64,000 bases of DNA from Malacoraja senta (taxonomy: Eukaryota), in NCBI GenBank assembly GCA_038087875.1, contig CM075989.1:5518001-5582000 (forward strand), read 5' to 3'. Position 1 is the first letter of the stretch. Each line of letters starts with the position of its first letter. The notes beneath the pieces are model-generated. The model made no database searches. It was not told where the DNA came from and saw nothing but the letters and a program-made list of their open reading frames with translations. Both the position numbers and the translations under genes were made by a program. This document shows, in pieces, positions 49,600 through 61,043 of this stretch.

Positions 49600-50110
49600 C
49601 GCTATAATATCACCCCCTCATCCTCCTGCTCCCCAAGGAATAAACACCTAGTCTGCCCAACCTCTCTCTATAGCTCAGGCCCCTCGAGTCCTGGCAACAT
49701 CCTCGTAAATCTTCTCTGCACCCTTTCCAGTTTAACAACATCTTTTCTATAATAGGGTGACCAAAACTGAACACAATATTGCAAAAGTGGCCTCATCAAT
49801 GTCTTGTGCAACTGTAACGTGACCTCCCAGATTCACCCCTCGCCCTCCTTGCTCCAGGGAATAAAGTCCCTGCATGCCCGACCTCTCCCTGTAGCTCAGG
49901 CCCATCGAGTCCTGGCAACATCCTCGGAACTCTTCTCTGCACCCTTTCCAGTTTAACAGCGACCAAAACTGAACACAGTACTCCAAGTGCAGCCTCACCA
50001 ACGTCTTGTACAACTATAACATGATCTCCTATATTCTATACCAAATACTCTGACAGAGGAAGGCCAATGTTGCGAACGTCCTTTTGACCGCCCTGTTCAC
50101 TTGCGACACC
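49600..50110 (-). mobile_element. Two tandem diverged CR1 fragments
   Basis: 49608-49828 and 49833-50030 cover the same CR1 interval. Confidence 0.75.
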
Positions 50111-50149
50111 TTAACCATTGTTTGCTCAAAGTACCCAGGGTGCTTCTAC

Positions 50150-50461
50150 ATGGTGGCACCGTGGCTCAGCGGTAGAGTTGATGCCTTGCAGCGCTTGCGG
50201 AACCAGATACACGGGTTTGATCCTGATTACGGGTGCTGTCTGTACGGAGCTTTTACGTTCTCCCCGTGACCACGGGGGGTTTTCTCCGAGATCTTTGGTT
50301 TCCTCCCACACTCCAAAGACATGCAGGTTAATTGGCCTGGTATAAATGTAAATTGTCCCGAGTGTGTGTCGGATAGTGTTAATGTGCAGGGATGGCTGGT
50401 TGGCTCGGAGTTGGTGGGCCGAAGGGCCTGTTTCTGTGCTGTATCTCTAAACTAAACTAAA
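50150..50461 (+). mobile_element. V-SINE
   Basis: Full head, V-domain and (CTAAA)n tail. Confidence 0.88.
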
Positions 50462-50869
50462 TCAGTAAATGAGGGCAATGATAGCGTAGATTTCTTCTGA
50501 AGAGGTACAGGCCCCAAGTGGCCAAGTGCAAGGATTGGACACAGCCTGCAGCGGTACTGAGTGATGGAGCAATGACAGAGGACACCATCTCATCGGCAGG
50601 CCAGGCCGACCGCTGCAACTCCGGCCCAGTGCCACCGCCAGGACAATGGGCCTTTGTGGCCAAGTCCAACGAGCATTTAGGTGAGTTCCCGGTCCCGTCG
50701 ATCGGCGAGCCATCAGGCGAGGTCCCACCCACCAACTGGGATCTTCCAGGAACCTTGCACCCACTGGGGTCCTGGTTCACCTCACTCTTCGAACACACCA
50801 GACCCCAATTCCTGCACTTTCTGTTTGCTCGCCCTGGACCTGCTTCCTGTCATAGATAGGTGGAGTCAT

Positions 50870-51425
50870 AGATAGAGTGAGACAGCGCGGAAACAGGCCC
50901 TTCGCCCCAACTTGCCTACACCGGCCAACATAGTCCCACCTGCCCGCGCTTGGTCCATATCCCTCCAAACCTGTCCTATCCATGTACCTGTCTATTTCTT
51001 AAATGTTGGGATAATCCCAGCCTCAACTACCTCCTCTGGCAGCTTGTTCAATACACCCACCACCCATTGTGTGAAAAGGTTACCCCATAGATTCCTAATA
51101 AATCTTTTCCCCTTCATCTTAATCTTATGTCCTCTGATCCACGATTCCCCTACGCTAGGCAAGAGACTCTGTGCATCTACCCGATCTATTCCTCTCATGA
51201 TTTAATACACCTCTATAAGATCACCCCTCATCCTCCTGCGCTCCTGGGAATAGAGTCCCAGCCTACTCAACCTCTCCCTATAGCCCAGACCTCTAGTCTT
51301 GGCATTTATAGTCACATAAATCTTTTCTGTATCCTTTCCAGCTTGATAACATCTTTCCTATAACATGGTGCCCAGAACTGAAAACGTTACTCTAAATGAG
51401 GCCTCACCAAAGTCTTATACAACTG
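50870..51425 (-). mobile_element. CR1 3' fragment
   Basis: MRGIDRVDAQSL..RGHK..FTQWVVGVLNKLPEEVVEA. Confidence 0.85.
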
Positions 51426-51584
51426 TGTTCCTTCTTACTCACTATGGTCTCTGTTCCCACTAACCTTCCCCATTCAGCGAGGCGTGTTTCCTGCATTTCC
51501 CTGTCAACTTCAGATTCAGATTCAGAATAGTTCATCGTGTACTCCACTGTTCATTTCCCCGGTTCAACAGAACATGTTTTATAA

Positions 51585-52755
51585 TCTATCTATCTATCTA
51601 TCTATCTATCTTCTATCTATCTATCTATCTATATCTATCTATCTATCTATCTTCTATATACTTTTAAAACTCTGTGGCTGTCGTCCGTCTGTACGTCCGA
51701 CGGCCTGCTTGACTTTGCCGCGCGGCCTTTGATACGGCCCCTGGCCCACGCGGCGCGCGGAAAGGCCCACGTTTTTTGCCATTTCCAAAGAGATGACATT
51801 TATCTTTACGAATAGCCACTCCTGATTAAATTCGGTCCTGTTTATGTACACGTTTTTTAATAAAATCCATTCCCCCCCCAACCCCAATGTGATTTTCTCC
51901 GATTGTCTCCGATTTTCTCCGAAAACGACGCCATCTTTTTTCCCCCGATTTTTTCCAAAAACGACGCCATCTTTTTTTCGCCGATTTTCACCCAGGGGTC
52001 TGAAGCACGTTCGGGGACAACACCCCGGGGTGTCATCCATCCCCCCACCAACCCCAATTTGATTTTCTCCCATTTTCTCAAAAAACGACGCCATCTTTTT
52101 TTCGCCGATTTTCTCCGAAAACGACGCCATCTTTTTTTCGCCGATTCTCTCCGATTTTTCCCGAAAACGACGCCATCTTTTTTTCAGCACATTTTCACCC
52201 CGGGGTCTGAGGCACGTTCGGGGACAACACCCCGGGGTGTCAAGCACTTTCGGGGACCAGACCCAACGGGTCTGCACTTGGTCTAGTATACTTTTAAAAC
52301 TCTCTGGCTGTCGTCCGTCTGTACGTCCGACGGCCTGCTTGACTTTGCCGCGCGGCCTTTGATACGGCCCCTGGCCCACGCGGCGCGCGGAAAGGCCCAC
52401 GTTTTTCGCCATTTCCAAAGAGATGACATTTATCTTTACGAATAGCCACTCCTGATTAAATTCGGTCCTGTTTATGTACACGTTTTTTAATAAAATCCAT
52501 CCCCCCCCAACCCCAATGTGATTTTCTCCGATTGTCTCCGATTTTCTCCGAAAACGACGCCATCTTTTTTTCCCCAATTTTCTCCGAAAACGACGCCATC
52601 TTTTTTTCGCCGATTTTCTCCGATTTTTTCCGAAAACGACGCCATCTTTTTTTCAGCACATTTTCACCCCGGGGTCTGAAGCACGTTCGGGAACAACACC
52701 CCGGGGTGTCAAGCACTTTCGGGGACCAGACCCAACGGGTCTGCACTTGGTCTAG
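51585..52755 (+). mobile_element. Non-autonomous Helitron, two head-to-tail copies (51585-52286 and 52287-52755)
   Basis: A|TC start with (TCTA)n and TATACTTTTAAAAC; each unit ends CAGACCC-AAC-GGGTCTG hairpin, CACTTGGT, CTAG|T; no TSD. Confidence 0.85.
51919..52652. repeat. Internal minisatellite (about 35-45 bp unit with core AAAACGACGCCATCTTTTTT, 8 copies)
   Basis: Five copies in unit 1 and three in unit 2. Confidence 0.9.
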
Positions 52756-53147
52756 TACCATATATAATTGAAATAAAATGGAATTAAAAGAGTACAGTGG
52801 GAATAAATGCCTAACAAGCTGGAAAAGCTTTACCATATTTTGAATATACCTAATCTTTAGTTCATTCCAAAAACCTACTTCCTGAGTGAAGAAGATCTTC
52901 TCGTCTGTCCTAAATGGTTGACCAGTAATTTTGAGATTACGATCCTTGATTCCAACAAACACATCATTTCTTCACCCATCATGTCAAGGCCTACCAGTTT
53001 CAATGAGACTATCCCTCATACTTCTAAACTCAAGCATAAGGATCCATTCTATTTAATCCCCCCTCACTGGTCAGTACCGCCTTATTGGGAACCACTCTGG
53101 TGAGATTTGGCTTCATTCCTGCTATTGCTAACCTATTCTTCCTTAGG

Positions 53148-53585
53148 CAATAGAGCAATAGACAATAGGTGCCAGAAGTAGGGCCGTTCGGCCCTTTGAG
53201 CCAGCACCGCCATATGTGATCATGGCTGATCATCCCCAATCAGTACCCCGTTCCTGCCTTTTCCTCATATCCCCTGACTCCACTATTTTTAAGAGCCCTA
53301 TCTATCTCTCTCTTGAAAGCATCCAGGGAACCTGATTCCACTGCCCTCTGAGGCAGAGAATTCCACACTCACCACTCTCTGTGAGAAAAAGTATTTCCTC
53401 GTCTCCGTTCTAAATGGCTTACTCCTTATTCTTAAACTGTGGCCCCTGGTTCTGGACTCCCCCAACATCGGGAACATGTTTCCTGCCTCTAGCGTGTCCA
53501 AGCCCTTAACAATCTTATATGGTTCAATGAGATTCCCTCTCATCCTTCTAAACTCCAGAGTGTACAAGCCCAGCTGCTTCATTCT
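53148..53585 (-). mobile_element. CR1 3' fragment, (CTATTGT)n tail
   Basis: LGLYTLEFRRMRGNLIE..FPMLGESRTRGHSLRI. Confidence 0.88.
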
Positions 53586-53730
53586 CTGAGTTATGGAGAC
53601 TAGACCTGGACACAAAATACCATGTGTGCTGTTTAAACGGAGGCTCTAAATAACTTTAATGAGACACCTTTGGTCTTCTACACAAATCTTCTTGCAATAA
53701 AGTTCAAATTTCATCTATTTTCCTAATTGC

Positions 53731-54019
53731 TTTAGATTTTAGACTTTCGAGATACAGCACGGTAACAGGTCCTTCAGCCCACCGAGTCCGTGCCGACCAG
53801 TGTTCACCCCGTACACTAGCACACTAGAGACAATTTACAATTTTACTGAAGCCAGTTAACATACAAACCTGTACGTCTTTTGAGTGTGGGAGGAAACAGG
53901 AGCACCCGGAGAAAACCCATGCAGTCTCAGGGACAACGTACAAACTCCATACAGACAGCACCCATAGTCAGGATCGAACCTGTGTAAGGCAGCAACTCTA
54001 CCGCTGCGCCACCGTGCCA
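53731..54019 (-). mobile_element. V-SINE immediately downstream of tRNA-Gly
   Basis: TGGCACGGTGGCGCAGCGGTAG head with a short deletion before the B box; V-domain; tail. Confidence 0.88.
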
Positions 54020-54029
54020 TTCGGAATGA

Positions 54030-54100
54030 TGCATCGACCGGGAATCGAACCCGGGCCTCCCACGTGGCAGGCGAGAATTCTACCACTGAACCACCGATGC
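54030..54100 (-). tRNA. tRNA-Gly-GCC: tRNA-Gly(GCC)
   Basis: GCATCGGTGGTTCAGTGGTAGAATTCTCGCCTGCCACGTGGGAGGCCCGGGTTCGATTCCCGGTCGATGCA: 71 nt, full cloverleaf, GCC anticodon, no encoded CCA, two extra G-T pairs. Confidence 0.92.
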
Positions 54101-54206
54101 TTCTACCTGTTTGCTGCTTGCGGTATCTGTATATCAGCATGCAGTGATTCATGTATAAACTCAGACTAATCTCTTTGAACACCAACCAAGACCTCCTGCC
54201 TTACTG

Positions 54207-54468
54207 ATAATAATATTAATAATAATACATTTTATTTAATGGCGCCTTGCAAGACACTCAAGGTCACCTTACATCACATAATATCAGTAATAAACATACA
54301 ATAAGCAACAAAGCCTAGCACAATGAGTTACGATTGATATACAATAAGATGCAGTTGTTGCAGTCAAAATGAGTAAGCTAGTTTAAAAAGATGGGTTTTA
54401 AGAGCGGTTTTGAATTCTGTCATGCAGTCCAGTATGCGGATGTGAGGGGGGTAGTGAATTCCAAAGTT
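54207..54468 (-). mobile_element. L2 LINE 3' end
   Basis: FKTALKTHLFKLAY C-terminus; tail tgtaaggtgaccttgagtgt..ggcgcc..taaataaa followed by (TTA)n. Confidence 0.8.
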
Positions 54469-54469
54469 T

Positions 54470-54870
54470 AGGTGCAGCTCCAAAGACCCGGGTTCAATCC
54501 CGACTGTGGATGCTGTCTGTACGGAGTTTGTACGTATCTCCCCGTGACCGCATGGGTTTTCTCTGAGATCATCGGTTTCCTCCCACACTCCAAAGACGTA
54601 CAGGTTTGTAGGTTAATTGGCTTGGTATAATTGTAAACTGTCCCCAGTGTGTAAGGTAGTGTTAATGCGCAGCGATTGCTGGACAATAGACAATAGACAA
54701 TAGCTGCAGAAGTAGGCCATTCGGCCCTTCGAGCCAGCGCCACCATTCACTATGATCATGGCTGATCCTGCCTTCTCCCCATATCCCTTGACTCTGCTGT
54801 CTTTAAGAGCTCGGTCGGTGAGGACTCAATGGGCCGAAGGGCCTGTTTCTCTAAACGAAACTAAACTAAT
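54470..54870 (+). mobile_element. V-SINE with a nested CR1 tail (54682-54810)
   Basis: B box, V-domain; tail resumes at 54812. Confidence 0.8.
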
Positions 54871-55369
54871 CCAACACCGTTCATTCTCGTACTGTTGCTT
54901 GAGAAAAAACTTCCGGTTTCCTACCAGGATGGATGACCTCACATTTTTCCGTCTAAGATTCTATTTTCCATGTTCTCGCTCATTCCTTCTATATTTTCTT
55001 GAAGCCGGTCTATATTCTGCTTGTGACTCACACTGTTACTATGGTTCCACCAACAACCGTGTCGTCTACGGCTGATATCAGGCTAACAGTCTATGATTCT
55101 TCATTGGAGGCACCAATGCTGGAATATTGAGTAAAACACAAAGTGCTGGGGGAACTGAGTGGGTCAGGCAGCATCTGTGGAGGTAATAATAGATCCACAT
55201 CCCACCGTTCTGAATGAAAAGGCAGCAAGATAGTCAGTGCACCACAGGTTGTGGAAGGTAGCAGACAGTTAAGGAAGGAGAGAGAGAGAAATGGAGAAAA
55301 CATGTAAAGCACAAAGTGTTGAAGTAGCTTCAAGTAACCAAGTGTACTGTACTGGTGCTGAAAGGTGTG

Positions 55370-55655
55370 GAGTTGTTGCCTTACAGCACCAGAGACCAGA
55401 GCTCGATCCTGACTACAGCTGCTGTCTGCACGGAGCTTGCATGTTCTTCCTTGAACCGCACGGGTTTTCCCTGGATGCTCCTGTTTACGCCCACACTCCA
55501 AAGACGTACAGGTTTGTGCGATAATTGGCTTTGGTGAAGATTGTAAATTGTCCCCAGTGTGTAGGATGGTGCTAGTGTACGGGGATCGCTGGTTGGCGTG
55601 GACTAGGTGCGCCGAAGGGCTTGTTTCTGCACTGTATCTTTAAATGAAACTCTAA
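55370..55655 (+). mobile_element. V-SINE
   Basis: V-domain and tail. Confidence 0.8.
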
Positions 55656-55853
55656 ACTCAGCAGGTCAGGTAGCTTCTGTGGAGGAAATGGAAAGGGTTT
55701 GAAGAAGGGTCCCGACTTGAACTGTTGCCAGTCTGAAGAAGGCCCCAACTCGAAACATTGCCTATTCATTCTCTCCTGCTGGGTTACTTCAGCACTGTGT
55801 ATTACATGATTTCCCCATTACTCTCTCCCTCCTTCCTTAACTATCCATTCTCT

Positions 55854-56514
55854 CCACCGGGTGGCGCCAGCAATGGCTGCCTCGTCAACAGTCTGTCACT
55901 CCCTTTCTTCTTTGTTGTTGTTATGTGTTAGTATGTGTTAAATGTATGTTTTTAGTGTTCTTTAGTTGTTTTATGTGTGGGGGGGGGGGGGAGGTTGGGG
56001 GAAACTTTTTCTAATCTCTTACCTCGACAGAGATGTGATTTTTTTCCGTATCGTTTCTCCTTCCGCACCGCGGCCTAACATCGAGGAGTTGGCGGCCTTT
56101 GCTGGAGACCGTCTTCGAGAGCTCTACCGCGGGTGCCTGCGGACAATATCACGGAGCTCACGTTCCCTTTGACAGGGATCGACCTCTGGGCTCCACCGCG
56201 GGAGCCTGCGGACTTTAACATCACGGACCTCGCGGTCTATGGTCAGAGCCCGACATCGGGAACTCCAAGCCACAGGAGCCTCGATCGCCCCAACGTGGGG
56301 GGTTCGATCGCCCCGACGGATGAGGGAAGATTAGACTTTATTGCCTTCCATCACAGTGAGGAATGTGGGGAATCTGCTGTGGTGGAAGTTTATGTTAACT
56401 TTTATGTAGTTGTGTGTCTTATTGCTTTTTTTAGTATGGCCGTATGGTAATTCGCATATCACTGTACCTTAATTGGTACATGTGACAATAAAAGTCCTTT
56501 GAAACCTTTGAAAC
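55854..56514 (+). mobile_element. GC-rich non-autonomous retroposon (family A, alternative tail)
   Basis: Head CCACCGGGTGGCGCCAGCAATGGCTGCC; hairpin at 56345-56388; tail tcactgtaccttaattggtacatgtgacaataaa followed by (CCTTTGAAA)2. Confidence 0.78.
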
Positions 56515-56564
56515 TACGTTTGCTACTTTCACGATCTGTGGGTTTGTTCAAGAATTCACATGGT

Positions 56565-56880
56565 TCAGTTTAGTTTAGAGATACAGTGCGGAAACAGGCC
56601 CTTCGGCCCATCCGAGTCCTCGCCGACCAGCGATCTGCTCACACTAACACCATCCTACACACACCAGGGACAATTTTTTACATTTATACCAAGCCAATTA
56701 ACAAACAAACCTGCATGTCTTTTGGAGTGTGGGTGGAAACCGAAGATCTCGGAGAAAATCCGCACAGGTCATGGGGAGAACGTCCAAACTCCATGCAGAC
56801 AAGCACCCGTGGTCAGGATCGAATCCGGGTCCCTGGAGCTGTAAGGCTGCAGCTCTACCGCTGTGCCACCGTGCTGCCCT
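56565..56880 (-). mobile_element. V-SINE
   Basis: Full-length head, V-domain and tail. Confidence 0.88.
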
Positions 56881-57081
56881 GGATGTCATTTTGGATAATG
56901 GTGACTGATGCACTATCTCGCTGCCTCTTCATTCAGAGCCATGGGAAGTGAACCAACATGTCCTGGGAATTCATTGAGTTAGTGTTATTAATTTCTCCGA
57001 ACAAATGGCAATTTCCTTTAAGTCCTTCACTCTAGATTTATACTTTTCCACAATATTCAGAAGGCTTTTTGTGTCTTCTTT

Positions 57082-58468
57082 TGTGTCATTCAAACAACAC
57101 CTGGAAGGTGCCAAGGCAAAGACAAGCGCCCGTGCCGCACTGATTCGCCGCCTAGCCGGCACCACATGGGGAGCCACGACAAAGTCACTGCGCATGTCCA
57201 CAGTGGCCCTGGTGTTCTCAGCCACCGAGTACTGCGCCCCGGTCTGGTGCCGTAGCCCTCACGCCAAGAAGCTGGATGCTGCCCTCAACAGCACCCTGCG
57301 GACTGTCTCCGGATGCCTACGAGCCACCCCAGTAAACCAACTACCCGTCCTCGCTGCCATCGCCCCAGCCAACATCAGACGAGAAGCAGCCACGCTGGCC
57401 CTCTCTCGAAAGGCACAGACCAGTGAATCCCACCTCCTCCATCAGATCGTCACAGAGACACCACGACGAGTGCGCCTCAAGTCATGGCACCCCTTTGCCA
57501 CACAAGCCCAAGAGCTGCTCTGCACAACACCGGCTGACGCTTCTAAGGCTGCCTGGGTCAAGACGAGATGGAGAGACCAGTGGAAGTCAGCGGAACCATC
57601 TAGGCTGCACCATTACATCGATGAACCCATGGACGTCCCTGGCCAGGGCCTGCCCCGAAAGCAGTGGACAACCCTCAACCGCTTGAGGACAGGCATCGGA
57701 CGCTATGGAGTAGCGATGAAGAGGTGGGGCCTCGTGGACAGCGAGTGCCTCCTGCGAGTGTGGGGACCCAACACAGACAGTGGAGCACATAGTCATTATA
57801 GAAGGACATTATAGCCATAGAGGGAGTGCAGAGAAGGTTCACCAGACTGATTCCTGGGATGTCAGGACTTTCATATGAAGAAAGACTGGATAGACTCGGC
57901 TTATACTCACTAGAATTTAGGAGATTGAGAGGGGATCTTATAGAAACTTACAAAATGCTTATGGGGTTGGACAGGCTAGATGCAGGAAGATTGTTCCCGA
58001 TGTTGGGGAAGTCCAGGACAAGGGGTCACAGCTTAACGATAAGGGGGAAATCCTTTCAGACCGAGATGAGAAAAAACATTTTCACACAGAGAGTGGTGAA
58101 TCTCTGGAACTCTCTGCCACAGAAGGTAGTTGAGGCCAGTTCATTGGCTATATTTAAGAGGGAGTTAGATGTGGCCCTTGTGGCTAAAGGGATCAGGGGG
58201 TATGGAGAGAAGGCAGGTACGGGATACTGAGTTGGATGATCAGCCATGATCATATTGAATGGCAGTGCAGGCTCGAAGGGCCGAATGGCCTACTCCTGCA
58301 CCTATTGTCTATGTATCTATGTATCTATAGTCACCAGTTGCCCCAAACACCGGCCACCGAATGGTGAACGAGGTCTTATTGACCTGGACGATGACACGTT
58401 GGCCTGGCTCGCCTCAACGGAGCTGCAGGTCTAAAAGACACACGACAGAAGAAGAAGAAGAAGAAGAA
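57082..58468 (+). mobile_element. Vingi/Ingi-type (I-group) LINE, 5'-truncated, with a nested CR1
   Basis: LAGTTWGA..ALVFSATEYCAPVW..LNRLRTG..CECG..H..CP; (GAA)n tail; 11-bp TSD GTGTCTTCTTT at 57071-57081 and 58469-58479. Confidence 0.8.
57797..58326 (+). mobile_element. Young CR1 3' fragment nested in the Vingi-type LINE
   Basis: Near-identical to 28272-28797; TSD ATAGTCA. Confidence 0.92.
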
Positions 58469-59075
58469 GTGTCTTCTTTCATGAAGACAGATGCAAAATA
58501 TTTCTTTAATTTCTCTGCCATTTCCTTTTTACCCGACGTGGCCTGTCCTGTTTCAGTCTGACGGGGACCTGCATTAAATTTTGCTAATCTTTTCATTTCT
58601 ACAAATCTGTCTAAGCTTTTACAGTTTGTTTTTAATATTCCTCGCCTTCTAATTCCATAATTCAACTGTCCCTTCTTAATCGTGGTCCTCCGTTGCTGCA
58701 TTCAATACCTTCCCCTGTCCCCACATCACTGTTCTTTATGGTCACATTGACTGGAGACAATATCCCCAGAAACACAGAGGGTTTCCTCTGGGTGAAAGTT
58801 TGGAGGTGGATTGGCTTCTGTGAATTGCCCCTAGTGTGTAGGATGCCAAAGTGGGATAACATAGAAGTACTGAACAGGATATCGTTTGTCGGCGCGGACT
58901 CGGTGAGCCGAAGGGCCTGTTTCCACCTTGTTCCTCTAAACTAAACTAATATTTCTTCTCGTTAGCTAAGGGTGAACCTGTGGTGTGAGATGATCCAGAC
59001 CACCGTGGGATATCGGCTGATTGATTAGATCGACATCATTATGTATGTACGTTCTACGTGTTTGAAATTATAAGT

Positions 59076-59365
59076 GTGGCACAGTGACACAGTGGTAGTT
59101 TTGCTACCTTACAGCACCAGAGACCCAGGTAAAATCCTGACTACGGGTGCTGTCTTTATGGAGTTTGTATGTTCTCCCTGTGACTGCATGGGTTTTCTCT
59201 GGTCTCCTCCCACGCCCCAAAGACAATCAGGTTTGTAGGTTATTTGGCTTTGGTAAAATTGTAAATTGTCCCGAATGTGTTGGATACTGCTAGTGCATGG
59301 ACTGATCGCTATTCGGCACGCACTCTCCACACTGTATCTCTAAAGTCTAAAGTCTAAAGTCTAAA
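59076..59365 (+). mobile_element. V-SINE, (TCTAAAG)n tail
   Basis: Head and V-domain. Confidence 0.82.
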
Positions 59366-59504
59366 GCAATTAGGAAAATAGATGATACTTTGAGATATAT
59401 TGCAAGAAGATTTAAAGTCTAAAGTAAAGTCTATAACCCTTCTGCAAGGAATATTTAAGGCGGTAATATCGCAAGTAGACAGAAACGAATCAGCTGCACA
59501 AGCC

Positions 59505-59781
59505 CTACAGCGCTTACAGTGCCGAATACCCGGGTTCGATCCCGCGTACGGGTGGTGTCTGTACGGAGTTTGTACGTTCTCCCCGTGACCCTGTGGGTTT
59601 TCTCCGAGATCTCCGGTTTCCTCCCACGCTCCAAAGACGTACAGGTTTGCAGGTTAATTGGCTTGGTATAAGTGTAAAACAAAAAGGATAGTGTTAGTGT
59701 GCGGGGATCGCTGGTCGGTGCGGTCTCGGTGGGCCGAAGGGCCCGTTTCCGCGCTGTATCTCTAAACTAAACTAAACTAAA
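59505..59781 (+). mobile_element. V-SINE (young, 5' tip missing)
   Basis: B box, V-domain, (CTAAA)n; CpGs largely intact. Confidence 0.88.
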
Positions 59782-59849
59782 CATTGAACATCATGTTTAA
59801 TTCAGGTCTCCTGTCAAAGTTTTGCAGGGTTTGTACGATGTTCAACACC

Positions 59850-60460
59850 AGTGATGAGTCAGCGAACAGGAAAGCGATCCAGAACCTTGTGTCATGGTGT
59901 CACAACAACCCAGCCCTTAACGTCAACAAGACGAAAGAGTTGGTTGTTGACTGAAGGAAGCAGGGAGGTGAACACAGCCCTGTCCTCATCAATGGAGCTG
60001 CTGTAGAGATGGTCGACAGCTTCACATTCCTCAGTATCCATGTCACCAGCAAACTAGCCTGGTCCCTTCACACTGATGCGGAGATCAAGAAAGCTCAGCA
60101 GCACATTTACTTTCTTACGCACCTCAGGAGATTCGGCATGTTCAAGGGGATTCTCTCAAACCTCGACACATGCACTCTAGAACACATTGTGACTGCATGC
60201 ATCTCAGCCTGGTCTGGTGTCTACTCTGTTATTGACCACCTCAGCCTGCAGAGAGTGGTGAACACAGCCCAGTCCATCACAGGCTCATCGCTTCTTCCAC
60301 TCAGCCCATCTCCACTGCGTGTTGCATTATGGAGGCTGGAACTGTCATGACCCTCTCCAGCCCCATTGCTACCTTCTGGGAGAGGATACAGGAGCTTGAA
60401 AGCTCGGACATCCAGACTTAAACAGAGCTTGTTTTCCCACCGCTATCAAACTCCTCAAGC
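59850..60460 (+). mobile_element. Old Rex1/Babar-type LINE 3' fragment
   Basis: LNVNKTKELVVD, KKAQQHIYFL, LQRVVNTAQSITG, LPSGRGYRS. Confidence 0.8.
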
Positions 60461-60517
60461 GATCCCTTCTTTCACATCCACCTTCCTGGAGGTATTGCCA
60501 CGTACTCTTACGCTTAA

Positions 60518-61043
60518 AGCCCCTGTCCCACTTTCACGACCTAATTGGCGACCTCTGCCGAGTTTGCCCTTGACTCATACTCGCAGCATGGTCGCCACGA
60601 GGTCGTAGGAGGTCGTAGGAGGTAATTGTAACTCTTCCTCATGCTCGTGAGTGGTCTCCGCGTACTCGTGGCCTCAAGTAGGTCGCGGCGTTTTTTTCCA
60701 GCCTGATAAAAAAAGTAAAAAACGAGTAAAAAAAAGGTTGGCATGGAAAAAATTGATACTTTTTACTCGTAGGTAGATCGTAGGTAGGTCATAGTAGGTC
60801 GTGATGGTAGTCGTAGGTAGTCGTAGGTCGGTAACTGGCCCGAGAAAAAAAATGCAAACGTGACATAATTTTACCATGTGACCATTTTCCACTCGTAGCT
60901 AGTCGTAGTTGGTCTTAGGTGTGGAAGACTGAGGTCAAGGTGGGTCGTAGGAGGTCGTAGGATGTCTTTTACTTCGGCCAGTCAACATGACCTTGACAGT
61001 TTTTTCAACTCGTGGATTAGGTCGTCCAAGTGGGACAGGCCCT
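60518..61043. mobile_element. PIF/Harbinger-type MITE (GTCGTAG-rich)
   Basis: TAA|AGCCCCTGTCCCACTT ... AAGTGGGACAGGCCCT; reverse copy of 19037-19813. Confidence 0.88.

Noticed and set aside
51654..52577. 307-aa ORF with repeated KKMASFSEKIGE motifs
   Set aside because: Translation of the Helitron minisatellite on the reverse strand; no domain, and overlapping ORFs occur in several frames.
51919..52652. CRISPR-like repeat array
   Set aside because: The intervening sequences are themselves repeats rather than unique spacers; eukaryotic context; no cas genes.
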